A DNA stretch of 64,000 nucleotides from Chiloscyllium plagiosum (lineage: Eukaryota): the NCBI RefSeq assembly GCF_004010195.1, contig NC_057738.1, forward strand, positions 9,863,103 to 9,927,102, in the 5' to 3' direction. The notes below the pieces were generated by a model. That model searched no databases and was not told the origin of the DNA. It saw only the letters and a program-made list of their open reading frames with translations. Shown here piece by piece: positions 39,952-51,240 of the stretch. The translations under genes were made by a program, and so were the position numbers. Positions within the stretch are counted from its first letter, which is position 1. The number at the start of each line of letters is the position of its first letter.

Positions 39952-40287
39952 ATCATGATAACCACAGAGATGGCACTACCAGCTTTCAAAAGACTCTCTC
40001 AGCCAGTATTTAAGTTATTGACACACTGCATACAATGATTATAACAACAAAAATTACAGTAATTAGAGTGTGAAGAATTCTCCCAAGTGGTAAAAAAGTT
40101 CACCAGTAAAGTTCTTAAATCCACGGTCCTTAGTGACCACTCCATCCCCTCCAAGTCGAGTGGAAATGAGCCAGTTCTCCAAAATCTCCTTTAGTAAACT
40201 CTAAGGTAAAAACAAAATTCAGGCCTGTCCTTGTGCATCACTCCATGGAGAAATCTGATTTCTTGGATAAGGGCAGTTAAATGTTTC

Positions 40288-40608
40288 ACAAAACTGATGA
40301 GACTTCAGTCCTTGTAGAGATGCTTCAGATGGCGGATACCAGTGTATCTAAACATGCAGTGAAGCAGCTGCAGCTGCAGGCTAGTTGAGTGCAGCATTCT
40401 TCACTGTTTCTGTTCCCGCTCTGCCGTTAAATGTAACAAAATCAACTGGTTGGTTTGATGTTACCTTGATCTGTGAACCCTCCTATCGCTTAAATGATCG
40501 AAAGACAAAGTAATGCTCACGTAGTTTAATGTCCATAGGAAGGCCACTAACAAAAAGCGTACCAACCTCCTCTTCACTGTTGTTAATTTCTTCACTTTTC
40601 ATGCTCAT
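40288..40608 (-). pseudogene. RBPMS2: Intronless, internally deleted RBPMS2-like (Hermes family RRM) pseudogene carried inside the LTR element
   Basis: Single frame, manual translation: [104 protein letters not shown]. Recalled RBPMS2: [61 protein letters not shown]...AAFTYPAAAAA.LHAQ.RWYP...QGWKSRQFC. Three in-frame stops, no frameshift. Confidence 0.92.
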
Positions 40609-42349
40609 GACTGGGGAGGTGATGGAATCCGTTGGATCAGGTTGTGGAGGGGTGGGTGATGATCCAAAGGCGTACTTTACCTATTAATGGAAAAACTCTA
40701 GAGAAGATATTATCTGCTGAAAGTATCTTTGCATTTCTTCTCTCATTCTTTCTTTGCCAAGGTAGTTATCAGTATGAAGACAGTCACACATTTAACTATA
40801 CTAAATGGTGTCTGCCTATTTCAACATTCTTTGAATTCTTGAAGTCTATTACTCTGCTCACTATTTATGATATTATCAACTTTTATACAATCCATAAACT
40901 TCTAAATTGTACTGCCTAAACAATTCAGTCAATTATAGATAACAATCAATGGTCCTAAAATTAAACCCTCTGGTACCTCCATTCAAAAACTGTTTTCCTT
41001 TAACAAATTGATACTTGGCTAACGTGAAAGCTGTCAGGAAACGCATTTCCAAAATCTAGAACAGCAAGAAAACAACAAAATGTTTCCTGTGCTTTAACAA
41101 TTGAAGAGGCAGCTTCAGTACTGATTTAAATTTCAAATATTCATGGGAAACAAATGTTGAATATTTTAAAAATTTTTCTCCAAATGAAACTTACCTAATA
41201 AAAGTTGGAATGACAGTGGCAACTTTGGTAGCGTTCAACATTCTTTATATTTCATATTGCATATTGTACTTGCAATATGAAGGGGGCCAATGAAGTCTTA
41301 ACAATAATTAACAGAATTTAAGCAGCTGAGCCTCAATTTCCAGTATTCTCCAAAATCTTAACAAAACACCAAAATTAAAATACACTCTTCTTTTTGTGAA
41401 TACTCAATAAAAAAAACACAGCAAAGATATTATAATACAATACCCTCATCTTGCTAAAGCATGACCACTAACCCAACAGTTTTTTTTAAACAGGCAATAT
41501 AGAATTTGAAACAAATCAGGGGCTCAAGCACTCAATTTGTTTTAAGGTTACAAGTTTGATCATTTTAAAAAGGACATAATGTTGTACAATTTCAATGTTA
41601 AAACATTACATAGCCTACAAAACATACTAAATTGAGATCCTGATTCAAACAAGGCAAAACAATTACTTCAAAGGATTTTCCGAACCAGTATTTTAACAAA
41701 CCAAAAATTTTAAACATCAAACATTCACAACATGGCACAATTTACATTGAAACGTTCCCTTTTCAACCCAAGTATTAGTACAGCCTTAATTTCAGCATTT
41801 TTTTTGTATCCTCTCTCTGAAATTACACCTTATAAAAAGGGAAAGCCCTTGCCGCAGACCACATGGTGCCGCAATCCAAGCCACTCTCTTCCCCCTGAAT
41901 TGAGACTCTCAGAGCCTCAAATTCAAGTTGAAGACTTGAACCCCTTTCTCACTTTGCTCCTCACGGGGGCTCAAAACCCAATTAAACACAGAACTCAAAT
42001 TCGACTTAAAGAAAGCCCAAAGCTCACTTAACACGGAGCTCAAAGCTCGCTTAAACACAGAACTCAAAGCTCAGCACAATGAACTTAAACCTCAATTAAA
42101 CCCACCCAGGAGACTCTAAGCCCAGTACCTCGCAGAGGACTCCAACTTCTGTTTGCTTGCAAAATTGTGTCTCTCGACTGAACTAATTACCATTCGAGGA
42201 ATACAAAGCGATCAAGCGAGGGGACCACCTCCAGCACACAGGAATATCGAGAGGGACCAAGGTTTAAAATCTTACCTTATGGGCCTGTCCGTCTTGAGAC
42301 AATTTCCCAGGCAGCCGCCGATATCGTCTGATTGTAACTACTCGTTTGG

Positions 42350-42367
42350 ATCCTGCCGACTACACCA
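42350..42367 (-). promoter_or_regulatory. Primer-binding site, tRNA-Ser type
   Basis: TGGTGTAGTCGGCAGGAT on minus; 17/18 complementary to the recalled vertebrate tRNA-Ser 3' end (ATCCTGCCGACTACGCCA). Confidence 0.85.
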
Positions 42368-42368
42368 A

Positions 42369-42925
42369 TACTCGCGTCGCATTCACCCCATCCCCACCAT
42401 CTCCCCCCTCCAGTTGAAACAAAATGCTCAGAGACCTTGTAGTTTTACCTCCTTCATCTTTATTCCTGGCCCTGGAGGGAGGGAGAGAACACGATCACCC
42501 ATGTACACAGAGACATGAGTTCACAGTCTTCTCTCAAACAAGTTTCCCAATAAAGTATTGAGTCATTTTACAGGAAGGAGTATCTAGATAAGACAACAGT
42601 CGAATTGATTGGGTGACCATTACGATCAGTGAGTGTCAATAGTAAAGATTAAGCCATCTGCTATTACGCAATGAATAACTAGTTTCACCTCACGCTTTTC
42701 ACCTTGTTAAGCTGCTCTCATATACTGAATGCTACCTCATCTTATTAAATGGCTCTATATAATAAATACTTTTCCACCTTGTTAACCCATTACCCTTGCC
42801 TCTTGCACCCCATTGTTAACTATTAGTTCTTATCTGATCTGGGTCATGCTCAGCTGAACCTCTTGTTTCACAAAACTCAAAACTCAACTCTTTCCCTACA
42901 TGTTTGTACCCTATATACATTCTCA
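42369..42925 (-). repeat. 5' LTR
   Basis: Aligns by eye with 39390-39939 and starts TGAGAATG. The U5 end next to the PBS is poorly matched, so the inner boundary is approximate. Confidence 0.85.
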
Positions 42926-45214
42926 TTTAGAATGAGTGTCCCTAATTCGTCAATCATGTTACAGATAATTTGCGTTAACAAAACGTGAATTATAGCAGAA
43001 CATCCTGTAGGCATAAAGTAAAAATATCAGCTGATGTAGACACAATGAGCTGAATGCCCTCCTTTTGACCCATAACAATTTTGGGATTGAGTGCACCTGT
43101 CACTAGTCTAACTTATAACAACAGTGGTCCTAACAGGAACCTAGTGATCCAGTACTTAATTCTTCTCAATCTGACATAATGCTTAAAATCAGGATTTTTT
43201 TTTAAAGTTTCTGCTGTTTTAATATCCAACATGAACTGGTTTGGGTTTTCTAGGAAGTTTTATCAATGTTTAAAGGTCAAATGGTGCATAATAATGAAAT
43301 TTTGTATGAGGAATCAACTGGAGGAATATCTGTATGAGAAAACAGTAGTCAACAAGGGCTCACATCAGTGAAAATCCTCACCACTGATTTTGAGATTAGA
43401 ACAACTCAAAACGTACTACTGTGGGAACTCAGACTTTCCAAAGGAATTTGAAAAGCTTCTTGTTAAAGCTAATAGCCAGATTCAAAGCTGTGCCCAAATA
43501 GGATAAAAAAAATTGGGCAATTAAAGTAGCTGAAGGTTGAAGATAACAGATATCATTTTTAGGAGTCTGTCAGATTGAAAATAATGAAGTCAGGATCACT
43601 CTGGTTCTGGTTAGTACCTTTGCAATTTGTAATTCAGACAGTAACAGATACTTGCAATCACAGAACTGAGAAGGATGCAACTTCCTTGTCATCTACACAT
43701 TGTTCATATTCAAATAACCACTCAAAACCGTCTTGAATGCCTCAAATCAAACCTGCTTCCACCACAATTCAAGGCAGTTGATCCTGATGTGGACCACTTC
43801 TCGTGTTTGATTTTCTGAATAAAGCATGACAATCAGGAGAGCCTGCACATGCACCAGAATGAAACTGGCATCCTTGCAGGTGGGTTTACTAGTGCTGTTG
43901 GGAAGAGTTTAAATTCACTTGGTAGGGAGAGGTAACAAAGTCTTAGTACTCTAGGGGCATACTTTTGTAAAGGAACCAAGGAATGAGATGTTTCACGGGA
44001 GTAAGGGAAGGCTGGATGGCCTCTACTTTAAGGTTAAGAGTACCATATCCAAGACAGATGTGATAAGAGCGTGGATGAGGACTTGAAATGTAATAATATT
44101 CAAGGTCTCAGCCAAGTGCTGGGAAGTAGGCTGATTTAGATAGGTCGGTGTAAACATAATGGACCATTGGGCCTCTTCTGTGCTGTGTGATTCTATATAA
44201 ATTAAGCTGAATCAGTTGATCAGAACCTCTGGATCAATAACAGTCCACCAAAAAAGACTTGCAACTTAAGAATTAAATGATAGTTTCACAGAGAGATTTG
44301 CAGAGGCTGAGTCAGATCTACATCCAGACTTTATCAACACATCATGGCTGAACATACCTCAAGATCCAGAGAAATTCAATGACAAAAATGTCAAAATTAA
44401 AATAAAACATTAATCATCACTAACATTTAAAAAAGGCATCTCAAATCATAGGCTGGATTTTAAATTTTCTTACAGAATAATATACTTGCAGAGTTTTTTT
44501 TTGGAAACAGATGATGCAGAAGGACTGATTTTACACTTGGTATTATTGAGGGTACTATTGGTTCAGAATAATTGCAGACCATGTGTAATTATACGCTCCT
44601 CTTAGCACTGCATTTATTGAACAAACACTGTAAAAAAAAAAAGCATTAACTCTGAAAAGTAAGGGGTGAAGGAAATTCTCAATTCATATATTTCTTAGCT
44701 AGTAACTAAATTTATATCCTTATGATTTGGCAACTAAAACTGTACACAGTACTCCAAAATGTGGTTTCTATAAGAGTCTGTGAAAGTTCAGCAGAACTTC
44801 CCTAATTTTAAAATTTCTTTTTCCAGAAATAACTGTTTGCATTTGCCTTAACGACTCAAGTTGCAACTTTTAAAAGATATATATATATAGTACTTTCAGA
44901 TTTTCCTTTTCCATGTAATACGCAATCATTTTTGTCTGGGAGAAGTATGAAGTATAATTTTCTATGTTAAAATTAATTTAGCAAGTTAAAACATTCTGCA
45001 AGTTCATTCGTGCTGTGCTATAACTTGAAGTCCTCCACAATCACAAAATACTAAAACTTGGAAAACAATCAACATTTACCAATAGAGTGACTATTTCTTC
45101 TTAGTGCGATGCAAATTTACAAATTAAATTTTGAATTCAAAAATCTAAATTATAACTATGAATTGTGAACAGTGGATTTTATTAATACTGCAAAAAGCTT
45201 TGATTAATGATTCA

Positions 45215-45810
45215 TTGCGACCACTGCTGACGAGGCTAGCAATTATTACCCCTCCCTAATTGCCCTTGACAAAGTCGTCTTGTGCCACCCTCAAACTGCT
45301 GTAACCATGTGGTGCAGGGACACCCAGAGCTGTTATGAAGGGACGCCCAAGATTTTGAGCCAGTGACAGTGATAGAACAACAACAACAAAGTTCCACGTC
45401 AGAACAGTGTGGTCAGAGGGAAATTTGCAGGTAGTGGTGCTCCCATATAACTGCTGGCCTTGTTCTTTTAGCTGAAAACGGTCACAGTTTTGAAAGGCAT
45501 TGTTGAAGGAATTTGCCTCAGTGCATTTTGTAAATGGTGCACACTGATACTTCAGGACATAATTGGTGGACAGAATAAATGTTTAAAATGGTGGATGGGG
45601 TAATCAGTCAAGTTTGCTGCATCATCCTCGATTGCATGGAGATTCCCGGGTGTTAAGGGAGCTGCATTTATCCAGGCAAGTGGACAGTTTCCATCAAACA
45701 CCAGACTTGTACTTTTCAGATGATAGACTGATTTAGTGGAACCAGGAAGTAAGTTGCTTTCCAGAGAATTCCCAACCTCTGAACTACTCCTGTAACCAAC
45801 GTGTACCAAT
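45215..45810 (-). mobile_element. CR1-like LINE (second family) 3' end, old
   Basis: ccctaattgcccttga...gcaggtagtggtgctcccat...atccaggcaagtgga, the reverse of the 28325-29335 type sequence. Confidence 0.7.
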
Positions 45811-46817
45811 GCTTTCAGACAGATTAAAAATTCCACCCATGGCACCTGAAATTAGTCCTACAGGGCACATACTTATAGTCCACAGAAGAGAGAAGATCTG
45901 CTTTCAAATGAAACACACACCTGTATCCATCACTGCCTTGACACAGAAATCTTCGGACATTGAAGATGCCACTCTAAGTTTAGGATGGCAATGTGTTGAG
46001 ACTGGTGACTGTTTTAGCTGGATAGGAAACATTCTGTTTTATAGTACAGGGTGTGAGGCTGATAAGCTTAATATCAGCTTTGGAAAGGTACCAAAATTCT
46101 GATAGATAAGATGTTCAAGTGTCTGGATAAAGTCAATACCACAGAATCTCTTCAAAGCCATTTTCCAAAAAAAAAAAGTGCTGGAGTACACCTCACTTCA
46201 GAATTTTCCACGTGTGCCGTAGTTTTGGAAAGAATGAAGAAATGTAGAAAAGAGGAGCCGAAGTAGGTCATCTGGCCTCTTGAGCCTACGATACCATTCA
46301 AATGTGCTCACAGCTGATCTTCCTATTCGTTAACCCGCTCTTGCTTTCTCCCATATTCTTCGAACCTTTTAGCCCTAAATATTATATCTACCCTAACTCC
46401 TTCAACATTTTGGGATCAACTGATTTCTATGGATGAGCATTCCACTGGTTCACCACTCCCTGGGCAAAGAAATTTCTCCTCACCTCAGTCTTAAATAGCC
46501 TATCCTTAAACTGTGACCTTTGGTTCCGGGTTCCTTCTAGTGTTTACCCTCTGTCTAGTCCTGTTAGAACTTTGTATGTTTCTGAGAACCCCCTCATTCT
46601 TCTAAACTCCAGTGAATATAATCCTAACCAATCCCTCTTCATAACAGCTGAAGGAATGGTCTGGTAAACCCCTCTGCACTCCCTGCATTGTTAGGGCAAT
46701 CCTTCCTCAGATGAGGAGATCTAAACTACATACCATAGTCAAAATGTGGTCTCACCAAGGCCCTGTACAATTGGAGTGAGACATCCCTACTCCTGTACTC
46801 AAATCTTTTCATTATGA

Positions 46818-47163
46818 AGGGCAGCACAATGGCTCAGTCGTTAGGACTGCCGCCTCAGTGCCAGAGACCCAGGTTCGATTCCACTTTCTGGCGACTATGT
46901 GGACTTTGCATGCTCTTCCTATATTGTGTGGGTTTCTGCGAGGCACTCCAGTTTTCTCCCTGAGTCGAAGGACGTGCACGTTAGGTGGATTGGCCATGCT
47001 GAATTGCCCTGTAGTGTCCAGGGATGTGCAGGCTCGGTGGACTAAACTAAAGAAATGCAGGGCTTGAAGGAGTGAGTTGGGGAGTGTGCCTGGATGAGAT
47101 GCTCTTTGGAGAATCCATGTGCACTCAATGGGTTTGCTTCCACATGATGGGGACTCAGAGTCT
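46818..47163 (+). mobile_element. HE1-type SINE variant
   Basis: gggcagcacaatggctcagtcgttagg...ggttcgattcc...ggattggccatgct. Confidence 0.8.
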
Positions 47164-47240
47164 TTGAAGGCCAACATATCATTTGATTCTTCACCACCTG
47201 CTGCACCTGCATACTCACTTTCAGCAAGGGATGCACAAAA

Positions 47241-47556
47241 GTGGCACATTGGCTCAGTGGTTAGCACTGCTGCCTCAGTACCAGGGACCCAGGTTCGATT
47301 CCAGCCTTGGGCAACTGTCTGCGTGGAGTTTGCACATTCTCCCTGTGTCTGCATGGGTTTCCTTCGGGTGCTCCGGTTTCCTCCAACAGTCCAAAGATGT
47401 GCACGTCAGGTGAATTGGCCATGCTAAATTGCCCGTTGTGTTAGGTACATTAGTCAGAGGGAAATGGGTCTGGCTGAGTTACTCTCCTGAGGGTCGGTGT
47501 GGACCTGTTGGGCCGAAGGGCCTATTTCCACACTGTAGGGAATCTAATCTAATCTA
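47241..47556 (+). mobile_element. HE1-type SINE, full length
   Basis: tggctcagtggttagcactgctgcctca...gggaatctaatctaatct. Confidence 0.9.
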
Positions 47557-47915
47557 AAAAAAGTACCCAAGTCTTGTTGCACCTTCTCCTTTCCCAATCT
47601 ATTACCATTCAGATGATAATTTGCCTTCCTGATGTTACTACCAAAGTGGATAACCTCACATTTATCCACTCATTCAATTTATCCGAATCACACTGGAGCA
47701 TCTCGGCATTCTCGTCAGGACTCATCCTCCCACCCAACTTTGCATCAAATGTATTACATTTGCTTCCCTCATCTAAATCATTAATCTAGATTGTTATTAG
47801 CTGATGTCCAAGCACTGATCCCTGCAGTACCCCACTAGTCACTGCGTGCCACTCAAAATCATGTTTATTCCTACTCTTTCCTTCCTGTCGGTCAACTAGT
47901 TCTCTATGAATGTCA

Positions 47916-48106
47916 CTTGGAGATAGTGGGAACTGCAGATGTTGGAAAGTCAGAGTCAATAAAGTGTGGAGCTGGAAGAAGTACAGCAGCTCCAGCAGCA
48001 GAGGAGCAGGTGAGTCCTGATGAAAGGTTCAGACCTGAAATGTCAACTCCCCTGCACCTCTGATGCTGCTTGACCTATGCTTTTTCTAGCTCCACACGTA
48101 TTGACT
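47916..48106. mobile_element. Penelope-derived palindromic miniature element
   Basis: gagtcaataaagtgtggagctggaa...tttctagctccacacgtattgactc inverted arms, with central cctgatgaaaggttcagacctgaaatgtc. Confidence 0.65.
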
Positions 48107-48554
48107 CTATCCATGTCAGCACACTACCCCCAATCCAATGAACTGTGATTTTAGATTCTAATCTCTTATGTGGGACCTTATCAAAAGCCTTCTGAAAGTT
48201 CATGCAATGCCCCCCAATTTACCATAGACAGCTTGTGCCTCATAGCATCATAGTCTCCCATATTTAGATTCAGGACTCATGAGATACTTGAGCAATTCAA
48301 TATTTCATACACATACATGTTAAAGCATTGATCAAGTATTTCCTGCCAGATTTACATATAAAGCATATTTAGAAAAATGTATTGTTTGATCTACAAATCA
48401 AAAACATAAGGATCGAATAGTTTGTTTCCTGCTGCTCAGTGATATGCTATCTCTTGCCAACATCATCCAAAAGCATCAAGTTCACTGAAAAACAACTCCA
48501 TCTCACCACCATCTCTCTCAACTGAGACACAAATTTATTCCTCCATAGACAGTT

Positions 48555-51240
48555 AAGAAGGGGTAAGATTAAGGAACCGTGGATGATGAGAACAGAGGAG
48601 CTTCTCGTCAAAAGGAAGAAGTCAGCTTATGTAAAAGGTGGAGGAAGCAAGGGTCTAGCACAGCTTTAGAGGATTACAGGCTTACCAGAAAGGAGCTCAG
48701 AAATAGACTGAGGAGAGCCAGGAGGGGACATGAAAAAGGCTTGGCAGGAAGGATTAGGTCAGAACCCAAAGGCATTTTACTCATACATGACGAATAAGTG
48801 AAATGATCAGGGAGAAGGTAGGCTGATCAGGGATAACGTAGGGAACTTATGCGTGGAGTCTGAGCAAACAGGGAAAGCCTAAATGGATTTTTTGCTTCGG
48901 TTTTCAGTCAGGAAAGATACCTTGTTATGAATGAGAACTTTGAGGAGCTGGGAAACAGGCTTGAACAGATCAAGATCGATTAAGTTGATGTGCTGGACAT
49001 TTTGGCAAACATTAAGATTGATAAGTCCCCAGGGCCAGACCAGATTTATCCCAGGCTGTTCCAGGAAGAAAGGAGGTTGCTCAGCCGCTGGCGAAGATCT
49101 TTGCTTCCTCACTCTCCACAGGAGTCATACCGGAGAATTAGAAGGAGGCAAATGTTGTTCCTCTTTTCAAGAAGGGTAATAGGGAAATCCCTGGCAATTA
49201 CAGACCAGTCAGTCTTCTATCTGTCGTCAGCAAGATTTTGGAAAGAATTCTGAGGGATAGGATTTAAGACTATTTGGAAAAGCATAGCATGATTAAAGGC
49301 AGTCAGCATGGCTTTATGGATAGGGAAATCCCTGGCAATTACAGACCAGTCAGTCTTCCATCTGTCGTCAGCAAGATTTTGGAAAGAATTCTGAGGGATA
49401 GGATTCAAGACTATTTGGAAAAGCATAGCATGATTAAAGGCAGTCAGCATGGCTTTATGGAGGGGGGGGCAGCTCATGCCTCACAAATCTTAAGAGTTCT
49501 TTGAGGAGGTGACAAGACAGGTTGAAGAAAGTTGAGCAGTGGATGTGATGTATATGGACTTCAGCAAGGCATTTGATTAGGTTCCCCATGCTAGGCTCAT
49601 TCATAAAGTCTGGAAGTACGGGATACAGTGAGACGGCTATCAGGATTCAGAATTGGTTGGCTGACAGAAGGCAGAGTGTGGTTGTGGATAGAAAGTATTC
49701 TGCCTGGAGGTCAGTGTTGAGTCAGGGCTCTGTTCTTGTGCCTCTGCTCTTTGTAATTTTTATAAATGACTTGGATGGGGTGGTTGTGAGGGTGGGGGGT
49801 TAGTAAATTTGCAGAAGACAGAAATGGGTGGGGGTGCCGTTGATAGTATTGAGGACTAATGCAGGCTGCAGCACAATATTGACAGGTTGCAGAGCTGGGC
49901 TGAGAAATGGCAAATCGAGTTCAACCTGGACAAATGTGAAGTGATGCATTTTGGAAGGTCGAATTCAAATGCTGACTACAGGAAAAAAGACAAAATTCTT
50001 GGCAGTGTGGAAGAACCGATGGGACTGTGGTGTTTAAGTGCATAGATCCCTCAAAGTTGCCACCTATGTGGATAGGGTTGCTAAGAAAGCACATAGTGTT
50101 TTGGCTTTCATTAACAGGGGGATCGGGTTTCAGAGCTGTGAGGTTTTGCTAGAGCTGTACAAGTCCCTGGTGAGACCACACTTGGAAAATTGTGTCCAGT
50201 TCTGGTCGTCCTACTATAGGAAAGATACAGTCTTTGGAGAGGGTGCAAAGAAGGTTTACCAGGATGCTGTCTGCACTGGAAGGCTTGCCTTATGAAGAGA
50301 GGTTGACTAAGTCAGACTTTTTTNNNNNNNNNNNNNNNNNNNNNNNNNNNNNNNNNNNNNNNNNNNNNNNNNNNNNNNNNNNNNNNNNNNNNNNNNNNNN
50401 NNNNNNNNNNNNNNNNNNNNNNNNNNNNNNNNNNNNNNNNNNNNNNNNNNNNNNNNNNNNNNNNNNNNNNNNNNNNNNNNNNNNNNNNNNNNNNNNNNNN
50501 NNNNNNNNNNNNNNNNNNNNNNNNNNNNNNNNNNNNNNNNNNNNNNNNNNNNNNNNNNNNNNNNNNNNNNNNNNNNNNNNNNNNNNNNNNNNNNNNNNNN
50601 NNNNNNNNNNNNNNNNNNNNNNNNNNNNNNNNNNNNNNNNNNNNNNNNNNNNNNNNNNNNNNNNNNNNNNNNNNNNNNNNNNNNNNNNNNNNNNNNNNNN
50701 NNNNNNNNNNNNNNNNNNNNNNNNNNNGATGANNNNNNNNNNNNNNNNNNNNNNNNNNNNNNNNNNNNNNNNNNNNNNNNNNNNNNNNNNNNNNNNNNNN
50801 NNNNNNNNNNNNNNNNNNNNNNNNNNNNNNNNNNNNNNNNNNNNNNNNNNNNNNNNNNNNACAAGATAATGAGGGGCACGGATAGAGTCAATGGCCAGAG
50901 ACTTTTCCCCAGGGTAGGATTGACTGGCACAAGGAGTCATAGTTTTAAGATATTAGGAGAAAGGTAGAGAGGGGATGTCAAAGGAAGGTTCTTTGACATC
51001 CCCTCTCTACCTCTTTCCATGAGTTGTGAATACATGGAATGCGTTGCTGGCTGTGGTGGTGGAAGCAGAGTCATTAGGGACATTTAAGTGACTGCTGGAC
51101 ATGCACATGGATAGCAGTGAATTGAGGGATGCATAGGTTAAGTTATTTTATTTTACATTAGGATTAATCCTTGTCACAACATCGTGGGCCAAAGGGCCTG
51201 TTCTGTGTTATACTTTTCTATGTTCTATGCTCTATGTTCA
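48555..51240 (+). mobile_element. HER1/CR1 LINE, ~2.7-kb 3' part, containing an assembly gap
   Basis: KSPGPDQIYPRL, PGNYRPVSLPSVVSKILERIL, QGSVLVPLLFVIFINDLD, LVRPHLENCVQFWS; ends in a (tctatgt)n-like tail. Confidence 0.92.
50324..50860. other. Assembly gap (N-run) with a 5-nt island
   Basis: Ns throughout except gatga at 50728-50732. Confidence 0.99.

Larger units (their letters stand above)
39390..42925 (-). mobile_element. Non-autonomous LTR retroelement / ERV-like provirus (~3.5 kb)
   Basis: Two diverged ~550-bp direct repeats (39390-39939 and ~42369-42925), outer termini TG...CA, 4-bp TSD TTTA (39386-39389 and 42926-42929), PBS, PPT and AATAAA in both LTRs. No recognisable gag/pol ORF. 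Confidence 0.9.
39262..43009. mobile_element. Tigger/pogo-like MITE (~210 bp) split by the LTR element (39262-39389 and 42930-43009)
   Basis: Imperfect terminal inverted repeats share the core ttctgctataa / ttatagcagaa. The right end is ...catcctg|TA, as expected for Tc1/pogo-type elements. Confidence 0.55.
46240..48205 (-). mobile_element. CR1 LINE 3' portion with three nested insertions
   Basis: CR1 remnants (ggtctcaccaaggcc; tgtgggaccttatcaaaagccttctg, the reverse of FQKAFDKVPH), interrupted by two HE1-type SINEs and a Penelope-derived element. Confidence 0.75.

Noticed and set aside
40288-40608. Functional nested RBPMS/RBPMS2 gene
   Set aside because: No introns, three in-frame stops, substitutions in conserved RRM residues and a large deletion.
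42350-42367. tRNA-Ser gene
   Set aside because: Only the 3'-terminal 18 nt including CCA are present, next to an LTR; this is a PBS.
50192-50940. Long ORFs in the supplied track
   Set aside because: Artefacts of translating through the N gap.
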